The position numbers were made by a program, and so were the translations under genes. A DNA stretch of 58,291 bases, counting the filler, from Squatina squatina (taxonomy: Eukaryota): assembly GCA_031763465.1 (NCBI GenBank). It is 3 parts of 3 records of this genome, joined end to end, with 100 filler letters (N's around TTAATTAATTAA, not from the genome) between each part and the next. Parts side by side here need not be neighbours in the genome. Positions count along the whole stretch, not along the records: positions 1 to 24,474 come from JARFOE010000176.1; 2 more parts are not named here. One strand, given 5' to 3'. How positions within the stretch are numbered: the stretch's first letter is position 1; every line of letters begins with the position of its first letter. Shown one piece after another: positions 1 through 14,203 of the stretch. The notes below the pieces were generated by a model that did no database searches, was not told the origin of the DNA, and was given only the letters and a program-made list of their open reading frames with translations.

Positions 1-170
1 ACAATAGAGTACATACAGCAAAATGATACAGTACAAGTCAGAGGAATTCATATCCAAACTCATTAGGTCTCTAGTGGAATCACATCTTGAATACTGTATC
101 CAGTTTTGGTCATGAAAACATTGGGAGACATTCAAGCCCTGGAGGTAGTACAGTGAACAGCCATAAGCCT
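1..170 (+). mobile_element. degenerate CR1-type LINE fragment
   Basis: Encodes SLVESHLEYCIQFW, resembling the CR1 ORF2 C-terminal LVRPHLEYCVQFW. Confidence 0.65.
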
Positions 171-794
171 GCTCCTTGTTATTAACAAGTGTTGTAGCAG
201 TTAATCCCTTGTCTGTCAGTCAGTTTCTATTTTCCATTTGTAAAGTCTATTATTAGAATGACCTCACTTAATGAATAAACAATTACTTCATCCTTCTAGC
301 ATTTACAGTGTTCATTTGAAACCTAGAATAGTTTTTGTTTGGAAATCTCAATGTACCATTCATGCAGAAAACATCTTTATTTCTGAAAACACTGAATCAC
401 TCTGGTACAAATGTATTATCTATCTATAATAAAAGTTCACTGCAGATGTTAGTGAACATTGTGATTTATTTGTACTTTGGTGCCGACTACAAAACATATT
501 TCAAGATTTGTATGTGGACCAAGCTACTGTATTGTTGCCAATTTTCAGTCAGCTTGTTTANNNNNNNNNNNNNNNNNNNNNNNNNNNNNNNNNNNNNNNN
601 NNNNNNNNNNNNNNNNNNNNNNNNNNNNNNNNNNNNNNNNNNNNNNNNNNNNNNNNNNNNGTCTGGTTTACATCTCTCAATTCCAGAAGGCAGTATTTTA
701 GCAATTTAATAGAGCAAGAGAATTCTTTTCTTTCCTCTCACTTCCACATGCTTTGTTAGTTTTCTTTTTAAATTTTAGCCACCGTAATTCTTTG

Positions 795-838
795 GAGAGA
801 CAGAAAGAGAAAGACAGAAAGACAGACAGAAAGACTGT
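795..838. repeat. degenerate (AGAC/AGAA)n microsatellite in the B4GALT2 3' UTR
   Basis: gagagacagaaagagaaagacagaaagacagacagaaagac. Confidence 0.7.
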
Positions 839-896
839 CCATTGTGAGGCGAAGAGAAACAAGAGAGCTGTCTATGCGTGAGAACAGTTTGACCTG

Positions 897-1048
897 CTAT
901 CCTCTTGTAGCACGAGGTGGCGGTGTGCCAATNNNNNNNNNNGATGTTTGTGTACATCGGGTACTTGGCTACATTCACCAGTTTGTACTTCAAGGAGTTA
1001 ATCCCATCTCGCTTCATGGTGATCTTAGTGTTCTGGATTTTTGTAAAC
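897..1048 (-). CDS. B4GALT2: beta-1,4-galactosyltransferase 2, last coding exon (10-N gap inside)
   Basis: Acceptor tttctctttcag. Reads (R)FTKIQNTKITMKRDGINSLKYKLVNVAKYPMYTNI-[gap]-IGTPPPRATRG*, matching the B4GALT2 C-terminus. Lies downstream of ATP6V0B on the same strand, as in human. Confidence 0.92.
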
Positions 1049-1605
1049 CTGAAAGAGAAAGTTTTTTTATATTTAAATACATAATCACGATGATTAGGTG
1101 TGTCAAACAATTCCCTTTAATAGTTTAAATATGGATGAATGTTCTCTCATTGTGGCTTTCCGACATTTTATCAAACTTTCAAAATACATGTCTCATCTCT
1201 GAAGGACCAACTTCTGATCCTGATGTCTTTCAAAAGCTTGACCAGTGTGTGTTGGAACATTACAGTNNNNNNNNNNNNNNNNNNNNNNNNNNNNNNNNNN
1301 NNNNNNNNNNNNNNNNNNNNNNNNNNNNNNNNNNNNNNNNNNNNNNNNNNNNNNNNNNNNNNNNNNATACATTAGTGACCTCAGGAAAGGTATGTTCATC
1401 ACATTCTGGGTTTCTCTTCTCCTTGCCATCCCTGACAAACATGGACAAGATTACCAGGTTCTTGTAGCGGGCTTTTTTTTAACTTCTCCTCCCACCACCC
1501 CCTCGCTCCTGCCCGCCCCACGAAATTGCTCAACACCATCAGACCAACTGCACCGCAAAATGGAGTAGTAATGCGAACAGACACAAATGTCTGTGTCAGA
1601 CTTAC

Positions 1606-1710
1606 CTCTGGGGGTTGGGCTCATTGTGCTTGTCTCGTTCGTGCTTTATCATTCGGTATTTGCCAATCCTGGAGTCTGGTCGGGAGACTTTCATACCTTT
1701 CAGTGTTATT
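1606..1710 (-). CDS. B4GALT2: B4GALT2 penultimate exon (105 nt)
   Basis: ttcttcag...gtaag boundaries. ITLKGMKVSRPDSRIGKYRMIKHERDKHNEPNPQR, in phase with the last exon. Confidence 0.93.
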
Positions 1711-3387
1711 CTGAAGAATAACGACAGATAAAAAAAAATGCATCACAGAAAAGCAGGTAGAGGTGTACCTCAGGAGCAAATAATAATAATAATGCATACA
1801 ACATATATACTGTCCAAAGAGCTCCCTGGTAAATGGCTGCAAATTACTTCTCAATAATTTACAGTAATGATACCAGAATCAATCATTCTTTNNNNNNNNN
1901 NNNNNNNNNNNNNNNNNNNNNNNNNNNNNNNNNNNNNNNNNNNNNNNNNNNNNNNNNNNNNNNNNNNNNNNNNNNNNNNNNNNNNNNNNNNCTGAGCCCA
2001 GCACTCCTGTGCAAAACACCATAGAATTGGTAGAATCACATACTTGCAATACAAAGGCTTCAGCGTCTCAAATCAGTGCTTGCCAGACAAACCCTTTGGG
2101 GGTTCAACTGCTCCATTCCAGCAATCACTGAGAAGTGAATTGGCTCACAAGGTTCATTACTGCTATGTGCATTGTCGTGAAGCAATAAAGTGCTATTCCT
2201 ATTCCACACAAATCCTGCTCCTCACATAGATAAATCACACCTCAGCTTACTTCATTACAAACACTGGCCCACTGCATTCATCAAATGACACACAGATCCT
2301 CACAGAGAGCATAAGCAATTTTGTTGGGGTGGTGGGGAGATAGTCATGACGTATGTTAATAAAAAAACATTATTGAAGATAACTTCAAAAAAAGTTATAT
2401 TTTAAATATGAATGGTTAGAGATGTTTAAAATAAATCATGGTTGAAGGTTACAATGGACATTAGACAACATTCTTCATATATGCCTTGTGAAATGTGTGC
2501 TACTTTATTTTTAATATCTATATATACCTAAAAATATTAAAATCTTAGATCTTACACATTGTCTGTCAGCGCCACTTGATCTCAAATAAGTCAAATGTGT
2601 CAAATAAGTTCTTTAGTCTTCACTTACAATGGAAAACATCTACGTAAACACGTCACTGATTGTGCAATCTGGCCTCTGGGCTCCCACAAATGTCTCAAAA
2701 TGTGTTCTGATTTTTTTTTCATCCATCATTTTTTTTCTCAGTAACTGAAATTCCTAATGTCAAAAATAAAATTTAAAAAAAATCAAAAAAAATACACAAT
2801 TCACAACAGCATGTTTCAATGTATCCACTGAACTTTAACTTGAAGGCCTCGGCCTCATTCAAAAGCCTGGCCTTGGAGTTGATATTTTGNNNNNNNNNNG
2901 CATGTGCAGAGCATGAAATTTTCCTGGATGCATCAGTAGCAGTCAGCTACACGGAGGAATGTTTTTTCTTCAACTTTGAGTAGTTTTTGCTCAGAAAATT
3001 TTCAAAATTATTTTAAGAAAACCTGGGGGACAAATTTCAAAAGCTTTAATGTGGTAAAACTCATATAGAGTACTTTTTTCAACAGAGGCTGTGTGCCTGT
3101 GTGACAGAATAAAAGTATTCTGATTACATACCTGTTGAAGCCTTCGTTTTCTGTTCTATAAACTTCAGAAAGTGAAGGAGAGAGAGATTGGGGCCAGGGA
3201 AAGAAAAGCTGGAGTGGTATGAGGGGAAAAGTGTGTAATTTTTCATTTTTTACTTCAATTTTCAAAATAAATTGGATTTTAAAACAANNNNNNNNNNNNN
3301 NNNNNNNNNNNNNNNNNNNNNNNNNNNNNNNNNNNNNNNNNNNNNNNNNNNNNNNNNNNNNNNNNNNNNNNNNNNNNNNNNNNNNNN

Positions 3388-3570
3388 CTTCTCTTGATAT
3401 CTACAGTTTCTCATCCCAGGCATCATCCTGAGCATTCTCTCTGACTTTAATGTCCTTTAGATAATGGGGTACACTTAGCTACACACAGTATTCTAACTGT
3501 GGCCTAATCAATGGTGTGCATAAATGAACCATTATTCCTTTACTCAGACTCTATGTACCTATTTACAAGA
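3388..3570 (-). mobile_element. degenerate CR1-type LINE fragment
   Basis: acacagtattctaactgtggcct is the antisense of an RPQLEYCV-type motif. Confidence 0.55.
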
Positions 3571-3875
3571 GAAAGAGAGAAGGTTGAAAGAGGGCACGAG
3601 AGAGAGACAGACAAAGAAATCAAACAATGCTGACATAATTAGTTCAAGCAATTGGTAAGAAAGAACCAAAAAACGGTAACATCCAAAGCTGCAAAGTTTC
3701 TTTTTATAAAATTGTTAAGAAGGAGCGAAACTTAGACAAAACCATAAACCAACATTAAATAAAAACTCAGATAAGGTTCCTCTAATTATGGCATCCATGT
3801 TGCCTTTCCCAATCAAAACAGCTTGACTAATTCTGGCATAATTCAGAGATATTAATGGTTTAAGTATTGCCTTAC

Positions 3876-3998
3876 CGGTTATAAATATCATCGTCCTCAC
3901 CGCCCCAGCCCCAGTACTCATTAGGGAAGCCATTGATTTTTAAAAACTGTTCCTTGCTCAGTCCTGAGACCCCACCAAAGTAGCCACTGTATGGTAGC
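3876..3998 (-). CDS. B4GALT2: B4GALT2 exon with the WGWGGEDDD motif (123 nt)
   Basis: tttctgttag...gtaag boundaries. LPYSGYFGGVSGLSKEQFLKINGFPNEYWGWGGEDDDIYNR carries the GT7 family signature. Confidence 0.95.
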
Positions 3999-5871
3999 CT
4001 AACAGAAAAAAAAGGAGAAAGTTAGCGAGAATCACCAACACATGAACACACCTTTCTTTACAATGCTACTTCAATTTTCAGNNNNNNNNNNNNNNNNNNN
4101 NNNNNNNNNNNNNNNNNNNNNNNNNNNNNNNNNNNNNNNNNNNNNNNNNNNNNNNNNNNNNNNNNNNNNNNNNNNNNNNNNCCAGGCGCTGTCACTGCTG
4201 GATTTAGTGCACACTGACACTGCTGAGTTTTGGACGGGCGGCCATTTTGGGCGCTGCGCGCACTTATGACATCATAGCACCACAATTAAGTTTCAGCTAG
4301 TGCTTGGAGCCTTAGAGAACTTGCGCCGGCGCAAACGGGACCCAAATTATGTGCCCGTGTTTGGATGCCCAAAGTGCATGTACGCCCGTTTTGCGCTGAT
4401 TTCGCGCCAGAAGTTTACCAGCGAATTGGGCTCCCCAAGTGTTAATGAGTACAATTTCCACTGTCGTTGCTTAATTGGAAGCTGGGTCTCAAAGGAGCAA
4501 TGCTCCAATTGTGTACATAAGTCACCACTGTAATGCTTCTCCTTCATAAGTTCAGGTCACCAAGTTGGGCGTACATTCAAGCAATAGCTACATCTTATTC
4601 TGCATTATTTCTCCAACTGGACAACAAAGTCCCCATGTCCAATTGGGTTTTCCACATATTTGCTGAGAATGTTTGTCAGTTGGATAGTTGGTTTATCAAT
4701 ACTCAACACGTTCAATAAAATAATGAATTAGTACAATGAGATCTTATTTTACAATAAAATAAAAACTCCTTGTACTAATACTTTATTTTATCATTAGAAA
4801 AGTATACATGCAGATGAGCAGATCACACGAGGCACCATTCTCATTTTGAGAAAGGAGTGTTACATTTCTTAACCTGGTTTTTATGTTCTTTCATTTAAAT
4901 TGCTCAAACTCCTGTTCGCCAAAATTGTCGCTTCCAAGCTTTACTAATACAAGTAATTAACTTCACGTCACCATGGTTACAATGAAAGGAACCTATAATG
5001 CGAGAAAGAACATTGTGCAAAAAAGTATTTTTGCTCTTGTTATGTCCCAATTCCCCCATCATTTGGTTACAGCATTTAAGCCAACCAATAATTAAGCCTT
5101 GTTAATGATGACAATGTGTTTGAGACGCAGAGCCCAAGTCATATGAGAGATCTTATCTAGTTTCCCCTCGCATATTAACATTTTACATACGGACTACCTT
5201 TTAACTCCAAATGCTGAGGAGAGCCAAGTATTTAAATGGTGCATCCAAAGTGGTCACCCTTAACAAGATTTCATCAACATAGGGAGTGCCCCCTCCACCC
5301 AGATATTACCCACCAATGGGAACTGTTTCAGTTCTATGGCAATTAAATGCTGCTTTGTGTTAATCTTAACAGCATATAATTTTTTACACAGAGGTGGCTG
5401 GAACTCCAAGCTGCCCCATATACAACCAACATATGATCTCTGCAAAGGCAGGATACTACACTACTACCATTTACACTTGGGTTGGGGGAAGAGGTTTAAA
5501 AACGGGTATATGACTCATGAGCATGATAAACAGTTTGCCCCATCACAATTACCATTTATTATCTAGTGCCTTTAGGAAAACAAGCCCCAACTCTGTTACA
5601 GATATAGAACTACTGTCAACTAATTCAAATACAGACTATTATTTAAGTTTTACTTCTATTATAATCCATATTCCTTTCTTTTTCTTTCATATTCCTGAAT
5701 ACAGGATCACAGACAACATCCTATTCCCTAGTACTTCATGATCCTGTGCTTTAGTTCTATCACTCATGGTGCCAACCTGTTGTCCGAAGTTCGAATTTAC
5801 TCCCATTAAACAGCATCATCATCTGTGCTCCCTGTGCTACCAACTGTTCCCACTAAGGATTGCGGCATTTA

Positions 5872-5928
5872 ATTAGAAACATAGAAAATAGGAGCAGGAG
5901 TAGGCCATTCGGCCCTTCGAGCCTGCTC
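5872..5928 (-). mobile_element. HER1/CR1 LINE (or HE1 SINE) 3' tail
   Basis: Reverse complement of gagcaggctcgaagggccgaatggcctactcctgctcctattttctatgtttcta; near-identical to 52161-52219. Confidence 0.8.
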
Positions 5929-6607
5929 NNNNNNNNNNNNNNNNNNNNNNNNNNNNNNNNNNNNNNNNNNNNNNNNNNNNNNNNNNNNNNNNNNNNNNNN
6001 NNNNNNNNNNNNNNNNNNNNNNNNNNNNGCTGCTGCATTAACAATCAATGGAGGGCACAATTTAACATGAGTTAGCCTGTAACAACAACTTCCCACTACT
6101 GAGGGGGGAATGCCTTATTTTAACACATTTCACCATCTGCAGCAACTCAACTCTGAGCTGACAGAATTTACCCAACCAAGGTAAGTGAGCTCAAGTGACA
6201 GGCAGCCCTGGGATTTCAAACTGTGACCTTTGGCTCAGAGCCAAGTATTTAGTCAAGCTTGCAGGCTGCCTGGGAATGTGTTGTCTGAAATAGTGAATCC
6301 TACATNNNNNNNNNNCATCACTTATAATGACGATCCATTAGCAACTAATTAAAATGATGGGCATTAACCTGTACAGTGAAAGCCTTGTTAAAATGTCTTG
6401 CGATTCTGGGCTGGGATATTAACTACCACCCTTATTAATATCCTGACAGAGAGGAGTTCACCTGCACACATACTATAAGTAAGTTATTTTGCACAATCCT
6501 TCTGAAACATAATATTCAATCTCCATCTTAATGTATTGTACAGGTCAGCCTACAGAATTCAGAAAAGCTGATGAACAGCTCCAAAAAGCTGACAACATAT
6601 AAACATT

Positions 6608-6730
6608 ATGCAACCTACATTACCACAATGACTACACTTCAAACAAAGTATTCCATTGGCTGTAAAGGGCTTTGGGACATCCTGAGGTCATGAAAGGCGC
6701 TATCTAAATGCAAGCTTTTCTTTGCTTTCA
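6608..6730 (+). mobile_element. Deu-domain SINE 3' part (SacSINE1/AmnSINE1/SINE3-like)
   Basis: tgactacacttcaaa...cattggctgtaaagggctttgggacatcctgaggtcatgaaaggcgctatctaaatgcaag. Confidence 0.8.
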
Positions 6731-9700
6731 AAAGTGGTCCTTAACAAAGGACTATGACTGAGGCCACTGCTTCAAGAAGACAAAATAAGTTAAATTCTTT
6801 TTGTCCTACACTGGATTTCAGAACTTACATTGGTGCTTTGGGAAGACATTCTGTGTTTTATTCCCCATGAATACTGAAACCTAATCGCCTCAAATATGAC
6901 AAATGAAAATAATTAGTTTGAGTGGGTCTTGACTGAAGCCACAGCTATACCCAATATTCCATCAGTTGTATTATATAGGGGGAGAAAAATGGAGGTGCAC
7001 ACATTAGGGAAGCATTCTTTTGATGTAACATTTATTTTATCAGGGATTTGGGGGCATGCTATTCATAGGATTTTTTGATTTTTGACACTTTGATAAACTT
7101 TCCAGCATTTTGAAGTGTATTACGATTCCTTTTGTTGCATACTTTTCCCAATATTTGCTGTGCTCTCTTTTCCGTATAATTTTCCAATCTTTTATCCTGA
7201 TGTTAAAGTTTAGCCCAATTATGATCTTTTCCACCTTCTGCACNNNNNNNNNNNNNNNNNNNNNNNNNNNNNNNNNNNNNNNNNNNNNNNNNNNNNNNNN
7301 NNNNNNNNNNNNNNNNNNNNNNNNNNNNNNNNNNNNNNNNNNNCCATGAATGCAATAGAACTCCATTATCAGTGGGGTAAATTCTTATGTGTGTTCGATA
7401 GAGTGGTTACAACTATTTTTTCATTCCATCTCTGCACCTATTTCCCCTCTACACTTGTCCCAGGGAAATTGCACCTCCACTGGCTACAAAGCAGACATGT
7501 TACAAATACCAGACGACCTGCAAGCTGGCTGAAACTCCCCTTTTCTGCCTTAGAGAAACATTTTACCTTCACTTGGTCCCTTGCTAAAACTGATACAATA
7601 CATAGCGACGTAATAATGCTTTATAGAGTGTTAATACAGTCTTGAACTTATATACATCTTAACATTCTATTTGCTATACATTGTTTTTTTACATTTTTTT
7701 TGCTTTGGCCGTCATTGCCATACAGTGTGATGCCACTTCCAACACTTCTTCAACTAGCACACAAATCTTTTACACCTTTCATCTTTTATTGTGTTTTCCA
7801 TTTTCAGCCATTTCCTTCTGTACATTATAAGACATTTGCCCGACTTTCCAGATTCTAAATCTCTTCAATTTATATTCCTGTTCTCTTAATGTATTGCTTT
7901 CATGAACAACTTGCTGTATTTGACAAACACAGACACTCTACTTACCAATATCCATTGATGTCAATAAATATGAGCAGCAGGAATCCTAGGACAATCTCTG
8001 GGAACCCCACTGCCCAGCTACAACTATTTCGATCAACTGGGATGGGGCATTTGGAACTTCAACTCACTGTGACATAGGATGAAATTTGTGCCTGCCATTC
8101 CCTGCAAGCAAGTTCTTAATCTCAGCCGTGCCTTTAGGGAAGGCACCAAGTAGTGGACGAGTCACCCCAGACCCTCCTGTGCATCTCCTAGCTGGCNNNN
8201 NNNNNNNNNNNNNNNNNNNNNNNNNNNNNNNNNNNNNNNNNNNNNNNNNNNNNNNNNNNNNNNNNNNNNNNNNNNNNNNNNNNNNNNNNNNNNNNNGTGG
8301 GTAATATAAGATTTCAAAGGAATGAGGCCACCAGTATTTGCTAGCTTTGTAAAATAAGGAGGGGGCGTGGGGGGGTGGCCGGGGGGCGGGGGGGGTGGGG
8401 GGGAACAAGTGGATCTACAAGCTTAAGGTCCTTAAGAGTAGAAGATCAATTTGTAAATAAGGAGAGATATTTTGGTTCATTCTTCACCATCATCTTGTTT
8501 GCACCCCACATTTTCAATTTTTACCTTATTTTAAGGAACTGTGAAGACAGGCTTAACAGCAAGACAAATCAAGGTGACTGGACACAGGATCTGTCTGAGA
8601 AAAGTACACTCAAATGCTTAAAAGTCTACCTCAGTTTTAGTAAGCAACAGTCCAGCTTTACGGAGCAACAAAGCCAACATACACATACTCTAATAGTATT
8701 GCACAGTCCGCTGCGAACAACAATTTTTAAAAAATGTGTACAGAATCATTTAGCATTAAACTTACTTACAACCAAAAAGATCATTTTCACAAATAATTTG
8801 GATAGCAAGTTCAAATAAAGCTTTTGTGCTGGGCACTGTTGGTATACTATCAATTAATAGCAAATCCACAATCAGAAAATAATTACATATATATCAATAT
8901 ATTAAAAAATAAATATCAACCAGCATTGCGAACATTCATTTTTTAGATATAAATTAGTTGTTAAAATATCAGTACATGGATTATATTTGATTACGATTCA
9001 TATACTCTGATTTATCACATCCCTTACAAAATTGGATGGCGATTCAATAGGCAAGTCCTTGCTGGAAATATAAGATTAGAACTCTTTAAACGATACTGAA
9101 GAATATACTGCACTGAGAATTTAACTTTGTTAGAAGGAATTAATTGAATTACAGGATTTCTCATTCTCCTGGTAAATTGTGCTTTACATTCATTCCCTTT
9201 TGTAAGTTTTGGACTTGCTGAAAAATTGCTAAATGTAAATATTTGCCAAAAAAAACAAGATTTTCAACATTACATGTAATATGACCACAAAGGGTGCATC
9301 TACCCTACAACTGTAGCATCAGTGCATTTTGTGATGATATAGTATCAATGCAGCCAAGGCACAAACTGAAAATGAAGCAATGAGGAGCGAGACTTCCTCC
9401 TACATAGGGTATCACTCTGCTCTTGTGTCAGGACATCTTTCCTTCCAAATTCATGCTGTGCTTTGTTATGTTGGTACAAAGCGGAACTACTTCACACCAG
9501 TGCTAGTGTTGTAGCGTAAGTGAACACCTTGTCACTGTATTTTACAATACCTGTCCTGTTAGAGTATACAAGGGGAACGACTAATTGATACAATTGATAG
9601 TCCCTTTTAATCAAGGAAAACACTTAACAGTACCACTGTCAGCCATCAGTGATTTAAAAAGAAAATTACAATTATAATGGATGATATTCAGAGTTAAGCC

Positions 9701-10882
9701 AATAGAAAAATATTTGGGCTTAGGTTTGTTTAAATTGGAGTTTGATCTGGTCAAATACATTGATACGTTTGCTAATTAGGAATATCCATGTCCCAGTTAC
9801 AAGAGGAGGTGGCTATTGTCCAAAAACCTCAATCTCCCTCACACTTCTGACCACTTTCCTTGATTAATTCAGAGTACTATATCTGTCTGACTCTTGCATT
9901 ACTCTCAACAGTTTCTTTGTGCTACCTCCCTTCAATCCCCAATACCGAAGCAGCCTCTAATGCTCAATGCAATTTGCTTTGCTTTTGGGAAACACAAGGC
10001 AGTTAATTAAGACCCAAGGATTTTCCCAGTTTCCTAGCTCCCTTAAACAGTAAGAATCAGGGCTCCATCTAAGGGTTCTATAACTGGAACTTTTGCCAAG
10101 TCATGGGGTGTTTTGTGCACTAAAGATTACTGTATAAAGCAAGTTGTTGGTTTTATTCTTGCTGAAACAAAGACAGGGGATATGCCACTAACATTCTGTT
10201 AAAAGTAAATCTCTAGAATCTTTTGTCATATTGATTCTATTTCCATTAAGTCAATGATTTTGGGTTCTCATCAAGCATATGGATTTATTTTCTCTCATCT
10301 TTCTATTTGATTCAAATAATGATTCCAGCCTATGTACATGCACTCAAAAAGATCTGCAGATATTCTCAGGATGTTGATTAATTTCTTGATATGTAATCTA
10401 TATAAAGCTAGAAAACTTAATCATTGTTTGATACAAACAAAACCACTGTATTCATTCAATGTCTAGTTTCCAAGTCTTTCTAAACCCAAGCACATGAACT
10501 TTGACAACAATTTTCTAAACAATGCGGTTAGGTCAACTATTTTATATGAATTAATGACAAATAGAAACAAATTGAATGTAAACACGGGGTTGTGATAAAT
10601 GGACACTATTCCACTTGTTGTGATTACCAACACAGGGTACTTCACTATCAGGGGACTGCATGTGACCCTATTCACCTTCATCAACAACCTGGTGGATGCC
10701 ATTAAAATTGCCGTGTCCCTTTTGCTGATGATAGAACCTGCCATAGAATGGTTAGGTCACCAATCTGAACGACACGTAGCAANNNNNNNNNNNNNNNNNN
10801 NNNNNNNNNNNNNNNNNNNNNNNNNNNNNNNNNNNNNNNNNNNNNNNNNNNNNNNNNNNNNNNNNNNNNNNNNNNNNNNNNN

Positions 10883-11046
10883 CCGTTGTTTGGTGTCGGG
10901 TTTGCGATCCACTGGCAAACCTGACAGCTGGGGAAAATGACAAGGAGGCGGGTTCGGAGTGGGATCCTGACCCGCTGTCACTCAGCCATTTTCCCGGCGG
11001 ACCCACCTCTGAACCTGCGTTCACTGGCCTGGGAAAATCCCAGCCA
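10883..11046. mobile_element. GC-rich non-autonomous DNA transposon (MITE) end
   Basis: GC/CpG-rich island running out of a gap and ending gaaaatccagcc, a terminus type common in shark MITEs. Confidence 0.5.
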
Positions 11047-14013
11047 CTCTGTGGGATCAGATTTATGATGAAAATGAGAAAAGTCATCCCTTACAAGCAT
11101 GGTTTGCACAACAAAGAACCGGTGATACTGGTGATGAATCAAAGGGAATCTGAAATTACTGGCAAAATATTTTATTCATACATGGCTCTGCAACAATTTT
11201 TAGCATTGAGTTGTTGATTTCAGCGTTTTCATAGAGGGTGAAGGGATGATTTTCTGATTGCGCGTTCCCTGCGTGGAGCATTCGTTGTCGACCGGGAGCA
11301 TACACTAGGAAATCATAGGCGTGCACCCCTTGATTTTCCACCATTAATTCTAATAGACGGAAAGTCATGGGAAGTTGGGTTTTAGTGATCTTCACCCCCA
11401 ACAGGTGAAAATCTGTACTAGAAGTGCAGATTTGTGAAATTAGCCCTACACTGTGGTGGACAATGAAATTACCAATCATAGAATAAATTGGCAATGTCTT
11501 GAGGCTCACCGAAAGCTCCATTAATAAATGAAATGTTCTGTTCCATTATTTTTTTTTCTTGCTGGTTATGTATGTGTTACATACAACACATACTAAGAAA
11601 GAGCTGGCAATTTATACCTCTTTGGTATTGTATAAGCTCTTGTGCAGGCCTGTGCCAAGTCCTGCACCTATACCCAGCTGGTAAAAGCTGATAACAGCAG
11701 CAGGGGCTTTGTTGCACAGCTCGGGAGGTTGGGTCACATTTCACATACTTGTCATAACACATTGGCAAAAGCCTGAGGTACGGGTGATTCACATTGCGAG
11801 AACAAAAAAAAAATTGTGAAATGTATTAATTCCTTCTGTAAAAATTTTAAATTGAAAGCAAGTGCTAACGAATTGAGCTCTGACCGGTGGCTGTTAGGTA
11901 GGTTTGTGACCCACAAAGATATCTTGTGAAAAGAGCATGTTGTTTTATTTGTACAGAACCCCTTTGAGAAAGATTTTAGGAGTTTTGCCAGTTTTTGAGC
12001 AAGAAGAGCAGCATGGATCAGGTCAATGAGAAGCCATGAGGGAGTGTTCATGAACAGGGTTAGCAATGAGGATCGGGTGTGTTACAGCACCANNNNNNNN
12101 NNNNNNNNNNNNNNNNNNNNNNNNNNNNNNNNNNNNNNNNNNNNNNNNNNNNNNNNNNNNNNNNNNNNNNNNNNNNNNNNNNNNNNNNNNNNCAATTGTA
12201 GTACTATCTAGTGGCTACTTGCTGCCATAGGGAGGTAATTTCTATTACCAGAAACTACAATAAAGACACCATTTGAAACCCTCTGGCAACTGGGAACTGT
12301 TCCAGGAGATGGTGCAAGAGGGTTCAATAGGATTGATAACAACAATATCTGAACTTCTGTAACGAGGGTGAAGGTGAAGATATTTTCACTTCACATGTTT
12401 GACAGGACAGAGTCTTCATTATCGAATGATCCAACTCACACAACAACCAATTAACAGCATGTTCTAAAGGAGGAAAATAAAATTGAAATTGGTCTGCTAT
12501 GCCAAACAGTTGGCACATTTACTGACTAAATTAGTAAGTAGCAATTAGTTATGGAAATCTGCAAAAGTTTACATGCCTGGACTGAAGGATTGGTGACGGA
12601 TTTAAATGTCCAAGAGGGAAACTGAGGAATAGTATATCTTGAAGTTTTTAAGATTCAAAAATTTACTTCAACAGGCAATCCATTTCCAAACTTAAAAAGT
12701 TAGTAGTGGAAGAAATCAGGAAGAAATGTATCTAATTACATCAGTTCATCTATAAAAATTTTAGATCACAATGTAGTTGATATTTAACCCACAAAGTAAA
12801 AGATTCAACACATTTTTGCAGCCAAATCCAATAGTATGCAACGCAAATTCAGGGCAAGTATATTTTGACACTGTGCTGGCTAAGATTAGGAAGTTTCATT
12901 CAATATGGTGAAGACTACACATATCCTGATGTAGTTTTCAAAAGTTTGTGTCAACAAAAACCCCACCCAGCAGTGAGTTAGAGTTGTAAAGGCTACATGA
13001 ACACAAATCATAAGAGTGCATTTAATGCTTCAATCAACACAAGAGGCATTTCTTGCCTCCACCATCAGTGTTTTCGCCAGTTCTGTTCTGCACAAGTCAA
13101 CTGGATCAGCTGCTTAACATACCGATGATACTCAGAGGAGCAGGAGAACCAACTGATTAGCATCAGTATTGTGGAGATTTTGCTTTTCGGTAGGATTATT
13201 AGTGTACTTACTCTCACCGCCCCTCACAAAAGATGGGCAAGATCAAATGGCACTCCACAGTTATGGCCTGATTAAAGGTCAAGATGATGTTATAACTCCC
13301 TCAACGAGTCAGCGTTGAGGCAGTTGTGATGAGACTTAAATACTGTTATGTAATTTTAATTACTTTACTGTCCAGAACATTAGAATTACATTTTTTTGTT
13401 TCAGTAAATCTAATACTCAATCAAATTCAATTGGTGTAGGTGATAACAATGGGTTACTTCATCTCAAATACGAATGCCAACAGGCATGCACACAGATGAG
13501 CAATACTGCACTTGAAATTAATGCCTCTTTTTAAAAAGAAATGCAGCGGGGAAAGCAGTTGATTGGGCGCAGAAAGAAAATGCTTGATGCTGACCCACAT
13601 ATAAACTCGTACTTTATTTTTGTGTTTGTCATTTTGGTGTAACACTCAAAGTTGCTCAATTATGTTTACAAGAAAAAGAAAACACACAAAAGGTGCAACT
13701 TAGGCACACAAATTGATGGGAGTTCAGTTTAGTATGAACTCATCCATCACTATTCCAACCCAACTCCAAAGTTTAAGTGGGCAATAAATGTTCAAGTTAA
13801 ACAGAATACAGGCGAAACTATGGAATACTGCTGGACAGCACCTGGTCCATTTTGCAGAACTGATCAGGAATCACTTCAGACTGTATCACAATCACTCCTC
13901 AGCAAATGATGGATTAAAAAACAAATAAATTGGGAAATATACACTTAAATAAATTATGTACAACAAATCTTGGTCTCATTTCCAGAACTTCTCCGACTCT
14001 TATGTCTTCGTGT

Positions 14014-14040
14014 CTAATCTCCCATTTTCACTTTGGATGT
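14014..14040 (-). CDS. ATP6V0B: V-ATPase 21 kDa proteolipid subunit c'', last coding exon
   Basis: Acceptor ttttctttgaaacag, then TSKVKMGD*; phase 0, fits the preceding exon. Confidence 0.88.
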   Translation of the reverse strand, partial: TSKVKMGD

Positions 14041-14203
14041 CTGTTTCAAAGAAAAGGGATACATTCAATTTTACAGCAATAACCTCTAGCAGGTGCGGCA
14101 TCTNNNNNNNNNNNNNNNNNNNNNNNNNNNNNNNNNNNNNNNNNNNNNNNNNNNNNNNNNNNNNNNNNNNNNNNNNNNNNNNNNNNNNNNNNNNNNNNNN
14201 NNN

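Noticed and set aside
897-1048. Apparent frameshift in the B4GALT2 last exon
   Set aside because: The shift falls on a 10-N placeholder; a true 9-nt gap (about TVD) restores the frame.
10599-10745. 113-aa and 93-aa ORFs as a novel gene
   Set aside because: LFTFINNL followed by a frameshifted FADD is a decayed LINE reverse transcriptase fragment.
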